In this document: positions 49,210 through 59,174 of the stretch, in pieces | Position numbering within the stretch: the first letter of the stretch is position 1 | How the letters are laid out: each line of letters starts with the position of its first letter | Source of the DNA: Squalus acanthias | Lineage: Eukaryota | NCBI GenBank assembly: GCA_030390025.1 | Contig: CM059432.1 | Span: 146,198,001 to 146,262,000, forward strand | Direction of reading: 5' to 3' | DNA length: 64,000 bases | Made by a program: the position numbers and the translations under genes | The notes under the pieces: generated by a model | Database searches by the model: none | The model's input: the letters and a program-made list of their open reading frames with translations, nothing else | Told to the model about the DNA's origin: nothing

Positions 49210-51068
49210 TGTGTTAACTTTCTGTTACACGTGCTTCTACGTGGTGCTTCCCCTGTGACTTCAGCAGATGCAGAGGCACCTTGCTCACTTCCATGTTGCG
49301 CCTGCTTCGACGCCTTTGGCGGGCGTCCTCTGGGTTTGGGAGCCTGGCAGGGCTTGGGAATAGTCTGCTCCTCCTGCGGCTGTGCGGGGGCTGAGATGGC
49401 CATCTCAGTTGGGTGAGGAATCGTGGGCTCTGACCGAGGGCTCCGCAGTGGCATGGGAGTGTGAGCGCTTGGAGAGGAGCCCACACTTCCTTGTTGTCAA
49501 CCACCAACATCCCTCTCATGGATCACCCGCACTTCACTGCTAGCAAGTAGCTGGAGAGTACCTTGCTGCACATCAGTGGGGCCATGAGGACCCGTCTCTG
49601 CACTGCTAGTCCGCATAACGGGGACGTCCATGTACCTCTGGTTCCTCTCCATGATAGATGCACATCTAACCTCCATAGCTGACCATCTATTTGGAAGAGT
49701 CACCATGTTCATTTGTGTCTGACGATTTATGTCCTCCATGGAGGTTGCCATCCTTTCCATGGTGGCACCTACATTCACCATTGCGTGCACCACGGCGTTG
49801 CTCATGTTTGAGATGGACTCCTCCATTCTCTGCACTCTCGCAGTTACAGTGGTTGCAAACTCTGTCAGAGACTCCTGAACTTGTTCCTGAAGTTACAGCA
49901 CCGCTCTCTTTCTGGATGGCCCCAGATGCAGTGTCTACATGCAGCTGAGCAAGCTAGGAGGATCCCATGCGCCTCCGACGAGGACTCTTCACTGCTGTCC
50001 CTGTCTCCACCATCTGCTGATACTCACTTGTGACAACACTAATCTATCTCGCGAATGACCCACCGAGGTGCGCGCCTCTGCGCTGGTGCTGGGTTCGCTC
50101 AATTCTGCTGACGCAGCACCCTCAGAGATTGTAGCTTCCTCAGAGGAGTCTTCCGGCTCTTCCTCCTGGACAGTGGGGAGGGGGGCTCTCGATGGTCCTT
50201 TGGGGGAGTAAAGGCATGAGTTAGACAGGTGATATTAACGCAGCAGACACATCCCATTGTGCAGATGATCAGAACTCAATCTGTATGAACATCAGATGCC
50301 GTATCAGTCACTCATGCAATCTAAATGAGAGGGTCGCAAATCAATTCTGTCACCTGCTTACTCTACTGTGCCCGTCTCTCCGTCCCCCACCTCCAGCTCC
50401 TCAGCACCTCCGACGATGTCGGTAGCAGCCTCCTCAGCAGTGGTCAAGTGCGCCCCCTCTCCCTCTTATTGTGGGCTCTCTTTTCCTGCAATGAGGGACA
50501 CAAGTGGAGTTTGAGCGAGAATGTTGGAGTAAGTGTAGAGAATCCATAGCATAGATGCTTAGAGGGAGACAAAGATGGAGTGAGGTGCTAATACCAAGGG
50601 CCCTCCCTGTGCGTTGTTAGTTGTTGTCATTGCATAACAGTGAGAGCAAGCCTGAGGAGTGCAGAGTAGAATGGTGGAGTGAGTCTGTACATAGAGAGAG
50701 AGGGATGGTTAAGGGTGCAAGGGATGTAAGGGTAAGTTGGGATGTGCAGCAGTAGGTTGACAATGCAGAGTGCTGGTGATGAGAGGAGATGGGGAGCAGA
50801 TTGAAGGTAAGTGTGATGTTATATTCACTTATGCTGAGCGTAGCAGATCATTGAACATTTTCCTGCACTGAACCCAGGTGCGTGAGCACAAAGACCTGGC
50901 ACTCACCTCCTCAGCAATCTGCAGCCAGGCTACCTTGGTTTGCTGAGGAGGCTTCCTCTGTCCATTTGAGGGGAACAGAACCTCTTTGCGTCCTCTCACC
51001 CCCTCCACAAGAGCATGGACGGAGTCATCATCAAATCGTGGAGAGGCCTTTGATCTTGACCTACTCAT
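49210..51068 (-). pseudogene. Harbinger Myb/SANT gene convergent with the transposase (exons 51068-50829, 50485-50354, 50197 onward); element end ~51301
   Basis: PRF..LVEGV..WLQIAEEV..RTWVQCRKMFNDL; EKRAHNKRE exon; TIR-like GGCTGTGATTTTCC. Confidence 0.85.
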
Positions 51069-51352
51069 CTCTCTATCTGCCACACTGAAAAGCATCAGAA
51101 AATGAAGGAAAAATCACAAGGCTGCACGAGCCCCTTAAATGCAGCTGAATGGAAGACGTCAGCACAGGTGAGCAGCAGACCCGAACCCACTGATTGGGCC
51201 GGGTAATACTTAATGCAGAGCGGAATAAACCGGCAGCAGGACCGGAACCCGCCGACAAACCAACCCGATTCCAACCCGCCTCCACTCGGAAAATCACAGC
51301 CATAGCTGCACACTCGCTCACACTCACTCACACACTGTCCTTTGTTTTGGAG

Positions 51353-52125
51353 GCCGAGCTTGCTCACAACAGGAGGGAGCAGGTACGAACAGGAGGAGGT
51401 GAGGCGGACCTGCACCCCCTTACAGACCTGGAGGAGCGAGTGGGCCGCATCATTGGGGCCCAGGTCATGAGCGTCGACCCCGCTTGGGGTCAACAACGGT
51501 ATGTTCATCACCTCTCCCTCTTCTCTCATCCCACTTCCCCCTCACACCACAAGCCTTTCCTACTTTCCATCTAAGTATACTGTCTCCATTCCTTGCTCCC
51601 TTCCTGGCCCCTCCCCTGACATTAAACACACTCTTGTGCCTTTATGCTTTCAGATAATCAGCCACATCTGACCAGCCTGTCCCTCAGCCTCCCAGTGGCA
51701 GCAACATAGGAGAGGAGGAGGAACAACAAGCCAGAGCCTCACTGCCTGTGTCTCCCGAAGGTGCTGGGTCCGATAATGGGGTGATGTGGTTGCTGGAGGG
51801 GAGCCTGGTACATGGGTCTGATGTGGATGAAGCTCCGGGACCCAGCGAGCTGCAGCAACGCCACGGGGAAAGGGAAGCTCGGGGGCCATCTCCCCTGGAA
51901 GGTGAATTCGCGCGCGAGTTCTGCTGCACAGGACTCAGATGAGGACCTCGATGTGGAGGTTTTGACCACACAGGTGATGAGCCTGCACACCGAGCTCATG
52001 GGTGCAATGGCAAGGGTGCCCGAGAGCATGGATGCACTGGCAAGGAGCTTGGAGGAGTCCGCCTCCATCATTGCACTCAGCTCTGCTCACACCATCGAGC
52101 CCATCCTTGGCAGTTTGACTTCGGT
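51353..52125 (+). pseudogene. Third Harbinger Myb gene fragment (exons 2-3)
   Basis: ELAHNRREQVRTGGGEADLHPLTDLEE, GTATGT donor, TTTCAG acceptor, acidic/coiled-coil exon. Confidence 0.75.
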
Positions 52126-52139
52126 CTAACACTCTTGGG

Positions 52140-52302
52140 CATTTCGAGAAGAGAGAGGAATAAGAAGAGCTGTTCGTGCACACCAGCTGTCTGTCCGATC
52201 AGGTCCGGTACCAGCTACTTGTCACAGTCGTATGTTTTTGCTGTATTACTAGTGTGTTATATTCCGTCCTAAACTCCGATTAAACACAATATACCCACCA
52301 TA
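52140..52302 (+). mobile_element. 3' part of the long LTR family
   Basis: Reverse complement of ~16211-16380. Confidence 0.8.
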
Positions 52303-52305
52303 AAT

Positions 52306-55300
52306 GGGAATGATAGCGTAGTGGTAATGTCACTGGACTAGTAATCCAAAGGCCTGGACTAATGATCCAGAGACGTGAGTTCAAATCCCGGCACGGCAGC
52401 TGGGGAATTTAAATTCAGTTAATTAAATAAATCTGGAATAAAATGCTAGTATCAGTAATGGTGACCATTGGACCACTATTGGATTGTTGTAAAAACCCAT
52501 CTGGTTCACTAATGTCCTTTAGTCTGGTCTGGTCTATATGTGACTCCAGACCCACAGCAATGTGGTTGACTCTTAACTGCCCTCTGAAATGGCCCAGCAA
52601 GTTGTAACAAACTGCTACGAAACACAATAAGAATGAACCTTGGTACCGGCTACGGACACAGCAATGGCACACCCAGCCCAGTCGACCCTGCAAAGTCAAC
52701 CTCACCAACATCTGGGGACTTGCGCCAAAATTGGGAGAGCTGCCCCACAGACTAGTCAAGCAGCAGCCTGACATAGTCATACTCACAGAATCATACCTTT
52801 CAGCCAATGACCCAAACTCCTCCATCACCATCCCTGGGTATGTCCCGTCCCACCGGCAGGACAGACCCACCAGGGGTGGTGACACAGTGGTATACAGGTG
52901 GGAATGAGTGGCCCTGGGAGTCCACAACATTGACTCCGGACCCCATGAAGTCTCATGGTTTTAGGTCAAGCATGGGCACGGAAACCTCCTGCTGATTACC
53001 ATCTACCGCCCTCCCTCAGCTGGGTGGGGGACTTCAATGTCCATCACCAAGAGTGGCTCGGTAGCACCACGACTGACTGAGCAGGCTGAGGCCTGAAGGA
53101 CATAACTGCCAGTCTGGGCCTGCGACAGGTGGTGAGAGAACCAACACGAGGGAAAAACCTACTTGACCTCGTCCTCACCAATCTACCTGTCGCAGATGCA
53201 TCTGTCCATGACAGCATTGGTAGCAGTGACCACCGCACAGTCATTGTGGAGACGAAGTCCCGTCTTCACACTGAGGACCCCCTCCATCATGTTGTGTGGC
53301 GCTACCACCGTGCTAAATGGAATGGATTCAGAACAGAACTAGCAGCTCAAAACTGGGCATCCATGAGGCGCTGTGGGCCATCAGCAGCAGCAGAACTGTA
53401 TTCCACCACAATCTGTAACCTCATGGCCCGGCATATCCCGCACTCTACCATTACCATCAAGCCAGGGACCAACCCTGGTTCAATAAGGAGTGTAGAAGAG
53501 CAGCACCAGGCCTACCTAAAAATGAGGTGGGAAGCTGCAACACAGGATTACATGCATGCTAAAAAGTGGAAGCAGCATGCTACAGACAGGGCTAAGCGAT
53601 CCCACAATTAACAGATCAGATCAAAGCTCTGCAGTCCTGCCACATCCAGTCGTGAATGGTGGTGGACCATTAAACAACTAATGGGAGGAGGAGACTCCAT
53701 GAATATCCCCATCCTCAATGATGGTAGAGCCCAGCACGTGAGTGCAAAAGACAAGACTGAAGCGTTTGCAACAATCTTCAGCCAGAAGTGCCGAGTGGAT
53801 GATATATATCGGCCTCCTCCCGAGGTCCCCACCACCACAGAAGCCAGTCTTCAGCCAATTCGATTCACTCCATGTGATACCAAGAAACGGCTGAGCGCAC
53901 TGGATACAGCAAAGGCTATGGGCCCCGACAACATCCCGGCTATTGTGCTGAAGACTTGTGCTCCAGAACTAGCCGTGCCTCTAGCCAAGCTGTACCAGTA
54001 CTGCTACAACACTGGCATCTATCCGACAATGTGGAAAACTGCCCAGGTATGTCCTGTCCACAAAAAGCAGGACAAATCCAACCCAGCCAATTACCGCCCC
54101 ATCAGTCTACTCTCAATCATCAGCAAAGTGATGGAAGCTGTCATCGACAGTGCTATCAAGCGGCACTGATGCCCAGTTTGGGTTCCGCCAAGACCACTCG
54201 GTTCCCAACTTCATTACAGCCTTGGTCCAAACATGGACAAAGGAGCTGAATTCCAGAGGTGAGGTGAGAGTGACTGCCCTTGACATCAAGGCAGCATTTG
54301 AACGAGTGTGGCATCAAGGAGTCCTAGTAAAATGGGAATCGGGGGCGGGGGGGAAAACGCTCCACTGGTTGGAGTCATACCAAGCACAAAGGAAGATGGT
54401 TGTGGTGGTTGAAGGTCAATCATCACAGCCACAGGACATCGCTGCAGGAGTTCCTCAGGGCAGTGTCATAGTCACAACCATGTTCAGCTGTTTCATCAAT
54501 GACCTTCCCTCCAACATAAGGTCAGAAATGGGGATGTACGCTGATGACTGCATAGTGTTCAGCACCATTCAAAACTCCTCAGATAATGAAGCAGTCCATG
54601 CCCGAATGCAACAAGACCTGGACGACGTTCAGACTTGGGCTGATAAGTGGCAGGTAACTTTCACGCCACAGAAGTACCAGGCAATGACTATCTCCAACAG
54701 GCCTCGGGTGACTGTCTGTGCGGAGTTTGCACATTCTCCCCGTGTCTGCGTGGGTTTCCTCCGGGTGCTCCGGTTTCCTCCCACAGTCCAAAGATGTGCG
54801 GGTTAGATTGATTTGGCTATGATAAATTGACCCTTAGTGTTAGGGGGATTAAATACGTGGGGTTACGGGGATAGGGTGGGATATGTGTCGGTGCAGGCTC
54901 GATGGGCCGAAATGGCCTCTATCTGCACTGTGGGGATTCTGTGATTCTGTGAAGCGAGAGTCTAACCACCTCCCCTTGACATTCAACGGCATTACCATCG
55001 CCGAATCCCCCACCATCAACATCCTGGGGGGTCACCATTGACCAGAAACTTAACTGGACCAGCCACATAAATACTGTGGCAACAAGAGCAGGTCAGAGGC
55101 TAGGTATTCTGCGGCGAGTGTCTCACCTCCTGACTCCCCAAAGCCTTTCCACCATCTACAAGGCATAAGTAAGGAGTGTGATGGAATACTCTCCACTTGC
55201 CTGGATGAGTGCAGCTCCAACAACACTCAAGAAGCTCGACACCATCCAGGACTAAGCAGCCCGCTTGATTGGCACCCCATCCACCACCTTAAACATTCAC

Positions 55301-55685
55301 TCCCTCCACCACCGGCGTACCGTGGCTGCAGTGTGTACCATCTACAAGATGCACTGCAGCAACTCGCCAAGGCTTCTTCGGCAGCACCTCCCAAACCAGC
55401 GACCTCTTCCACCTAGAAGGACAAGGGCAGCAGGCACATGGGAACATCACCACCTCCAAGCTCCCCTCCAAGTCACACACCATCCTGACTTAGAAGTATA
55501 TCGCCGATCCTTCATCGTCGCTGGGTCAAAATCCTGGAACTCCCTCCCTAACAGCACTGTGGGAGTACCTTCACCACACGGACTGCAGCGGTTCAAGAAG
55601 GCAGCTCACCACCACCTTCTCAAGGGCAATTCGGGATGGGCAATAAATGCTGGCTTTGCCAGCGACGCCCACATCCCATAAACCA
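52306..55685 (+). mobile_element. Near full-length CR1-group LINE with a tRNA-derived head and a single EN+RT ORF (decayed)
   Basis: A box TAGCGTAGTGG, B box GAGTTCAAATCC; TNIWGL..PDIVILTES, GDFN, LDLVL, SDH; GPDNIP, NYRPISLL, ALDIKAAF, GVPQGS, YADD; tail GCCCACATCCCAT. Confidence 0.88.
54700..54952 (+). mobile_element. 5'-truncated HE1 (V-domain) SINE nested in the LINE
   Basis: V domain GGAGTTTGCACATTCTCCCCGTGTCTGCGTGGGTTTCCTCCGGGTGCTCCGGTTTCCTCCCAC; CR1-type tail GATTCTGTGATTCT. Confidence 0.88.
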
Positions 55686-56037
55686 ATTAAAAAAAAGTTA
55701 TTTTACGAATTAATCCGACGTTAATGCGTCTTTCTACTGGCGCGACTCCCCGGCAATTTCTGGCCCAATCTGTGCCGGATCCTAATTGAACCTGCATCCC
55801 GTATACAAGTGAAATCATCCAGCAGCCCCTCTGAATCTCTCGATGTTTGGATCCATTGAAACTAGATGATACAGATAAGCTGCTTCTGCAAGAGAGCTCT
55901 AAAAGCTCTTTTTGTTGCATTTTTTGTAATGCATTATATCAATTTTCTTCTACTATTTTGTTTTTATTTATTGTATTAGTCTCTGTTTTATTTTGTCTGT
56001 TCTCTGTTTTTTGTTGGATCAGGACATGTGAAATAAT

Positions 56038-56723
56038 GGGCCAGAAATTCGGCTCTTGTCGGGTGAGTACGCGCTGTGTACTCACCCGTAAGGCCATCTG
56101 AAGTGCCGGTTTCCTGCATGCACTGCGCATGCGCGGGAAACCGGAACTTCCGTTCCCCTGAAGGGAGGGGTTCAGAAGTCGAACGCGTGTGCGGGAGAGG
56201 CTGCGCGCACGCAGCGAACTTCGATTTTTTTCAGGTTTCTCCGGGAGGGTAAGTATGAAGAAGCTGCACTTTTAAAAAGGAGGCGCAAGGCCTGTTTTTA
56301 ACAAGGTAAGTGGCTAATTAATTACAATTTAAACATTTTTTCAACAGGTTTATCTTTTTTAGATACTTTAAAGAAAGGTAAGTTTATTTTTAGCACCGTT
56401 AAAAAGTATGATTAATTTTTTCAAAAATTTTAATTTTTGTTTAAAGTAGTTAATTTATGTAACTTATAGTTATTTTAAAAATGTGATGTTTTTAAAAAAA
56501 TTTATTTGAAGTTTAAGTGTGGTTTTGGGGCCGATCTCTATTCATAGATTTGACAGGTCGAACTAACTGCGCCCCTGGGATACGCAAGCACTGCGCGCCG
56601 GCAGCTGCAGGAGGCCCAGGACCCGAAGTCCTCGTGGGCCTGAAGCACAACTGCAGGCGCGGTCGGTAAGTACGCGCGCGATGCTTGCACCCGCAGGAAG
56701 CCGGAGAGCCGAATTTCTGGCCC
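56038..56723. mobile_element. Harbinger MITE family B, copy 2
   Basis: Perfect TIR GGGCCAGAAATTCGGCTCT / AGAGCCGAATTTCTGGCCC; AAT/CAT flanks. Confidence 0.9.
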
Positions 56724-56854
56724 CATGTTTGTTAATGAAAAAGCAGCAGAATCACTGGACAGGCTTCTTTGCTTCTGAGGTCATCAGCCCACAACTTTCT
56801 CTGATTAAAATGAATGGCATAACTTTAAAATCTGAGCTGGCTGGTCAGGGTGGT

Positions 56855-57110
56855 TTCAGGAGGCACTACGTCACACAAAGTGTGGTGGAAATCTGGAACT
56901 CTCTCCCCAAAAAGCTGCTGAGGCTGGCGGGGCGGGGGCGGGGGGGGTCAATTGAAAATTTTAAAACTGAGATTGATAGATTTTCGTGAGGCAAGGTTAT
57001 TAAGGGAGATGTAACCAAGATGGGTAGATGGAGTTAAGATACAGATCAGTCATGATCTAATTGAATGGCAGAACCGGCTGGCGGGGCTGAATGGCCTCCT
57101 CCTGTTCCTA
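56855..57110 (+). mobile_element. CR1 3' fragment
   Basis: FRRHYVTQSVVEIWNSLP; tail present. Confidence 0.8.
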
Positions 57111-57307
57111 TGGTGGTGAGCACAGATATGGGAAACCGAAGCCATTGTCTTCAACATCACTTGGAAGGTCACTTGTAAATATTTACAAGAACAGGAAGAT
57201 CTTGAAAGAAGGGGAGATCTGTCAATGGAGTTTCACTGCATACGAACATATGAAAATGATGGGCAGGAACGGACCAGCTGGTCCATCAAGACTGCCCCAC
57301 ACGCTTG

Positions 57308-58198
57308 GGGCTATAAATTCGAGGTCTTACCGCAGGCCATAACCGCCCGATTTGGGGGAAAAAATGGCAGCCGCCGCATGTTCGCCCGCTGCCGGTGGCT
57401 CCGGCGGCCGCCGCTATTTTCAGCAGGTCGGCAGTGCTGCTGTTGCCTGTGCTCGGCGAAAGTATTGTAATGAGTCGGAGCGTGACGTCAATCAGCTTGG
57501 CAGGGCTTGGCAGGACTTGGCAGGACTGGCAGGATTTGGCAGGGCTTGGCAGGATTTGGCAGGGCTTGGCAGACTTGGCAGGGCTTGGCAGGGCTTGGCA
57601 GGACTGGCAGGGCTTGGCAGGGCTTGGCAGGACTGGCAGGGCTTGGCAGGACTTGGCAGGACTGGCAGGGCTTGGCAAAGCTTGGCAGGACTGGCAGGGC
57701 TTGGCAGGACTGGCAGGGCTTGGCAGGGCTTGGCAGGACTTGGCAGGACTGGCAGGGCTTGGCAGGGCTTGGCAGGATTTGGCAGGGCTTGGCAGGACTG
57801 GCAGGATTTGGCAGGGCTTGGCAGGATTTGGCAGGGCTTGGCAGGATTTGGCAGGGCTTGGCAGGACTTGGCAGGACTGGCGGGACTTGGCAGATCTTAG
57901 ACGATGATGGAGGCTGACAAGTGGAAAACAGCTCAGCTGGATGCCGGAACTTCAAACGCCTCCTTTGCTAAGGTTCTTCTTTTATACTTTCATTTTTTTG
58001 CCCATCAGTGGGGAAGTGGGGCGGGGAGTGGGGGGAGGTTGCATTTCCTGGCGGCCCTCGGGAGGCCGACAGTGTTTGTGGGTCAGTAAGTCAATGGGTG
58101 AAACCTTGCGGAACAAGCTTTTAGTTCAGAACTGAACACCTGCGCAAAACTGCAAATCCCTCGGCGGATTCCCAGCAAATAAAAAACCCGAATTTCTA
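57308..58198. mobile_element. Probable MITE carrying a minisatellite
   Basis: GGGCTATAAATTCG start and partial CGAATTTCTA end; CpG-rich subtermini. Confidence 0.5.
57495..57893. repeat. 9-10-bp GGCAGG-core minisatellite (~40 units)
   Basis: Interleaved GGCAGGGCTT, GGCAGGACTT, GGCAGGACT and GGCAGGATTT units. Confidence 0.95.
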
Positions 58199-58739
58199 AA
58201 GAGCACCAGGTTGTCTAGAACTCCATTGCAACGTTTGACGATCATCTCTGATAAGATCTCTTTTATCTTTATAATAGCATCACCAGAACGTCACCCCCTC
58301 GCGAATCTGGACTCAACTGCTTGAGATTTTAAGGATTTATAATAAATTTATTCAAAATTCCATAACCAATTATTTATCAAATAATTATTTTGTGTTGAGT
58401 ATGCAAGACCCGCTAAAAGCCGGCACAATTACTACACATTTAAAAACCATCATGAGTAACCATTGGGGAAATATTAGTGTTATGGAGAATGCAGCTGCAT
58501 TCGTTTCACGAACTATTAAAAAATCAACAAACATAGTTAGAATCGGGCGGCAGGTAATATTGTTATAGCAAGGACGCCAACTCTTCTGTACATGGCCCAC
58601 AGGCTCGCTCGTTTCTTCCCTGTTCTCCTTCACTGCAAGCGGGACACAGACGTGACCTTCGGGCTCCTGCTGAGCTGAGAACCGGAAAGAGCGCATTACA
58701 ACGCAAATTCTCCGCACCGCCGATGTTAATTAGCAGGCG

Positions 58740-58985
58740 TTAATTACCTGTCCTATTACCATCTCGTCTTGCCTTGAGCATCTCTTAATGTCTCTACTTA
58801 CCATAGACCACCCCTTTTGTTCTTTTATTCCCCCCCCAGCCTCCCACTTGCTTTTTTATCTGTTTCATTTCCTGCTTTTTTCTCAGTTCCGACGAAAGGT
58901 CTTTGACCTGAAACGTTAACTCTGTTTCTCTCTCCACGGATGTTGCCTGGCCTGCTGAGTTTTTCCAGCGTTTTCTGTTGTTGTT
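58740..58985 (+). mobile_element. Penelope-like terminal fragment
   Basis: 14-bp TSD TTAATTAGCAGGCG; hammerhead-like CCGACGA..GAAACGTT at 58885-58921. Confidence 0.85.
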
Positions 58986-59174
58986 TTAATTAGCAGGCGC
59001 CTGCGCTCTCCTGGTGGGTGGCCGTTAGCTCCCTCCAGTGCTGTTACCAACAGGTTTCCAGCGTATTGTAATTTTTAGCCCTTGATGCCTGGAGCATCTT
59101 GACTAGACACTTCTTAACACTGCCCGCCACCTCCCTGCCACCCTGCCACCACCCCCCCGCCCCACCCCCCCCAC

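Noticed and set aside
57286..57955. 130-182-aa repetitive ORFs
   Set aside because: By-products of a stop-free minisatellite
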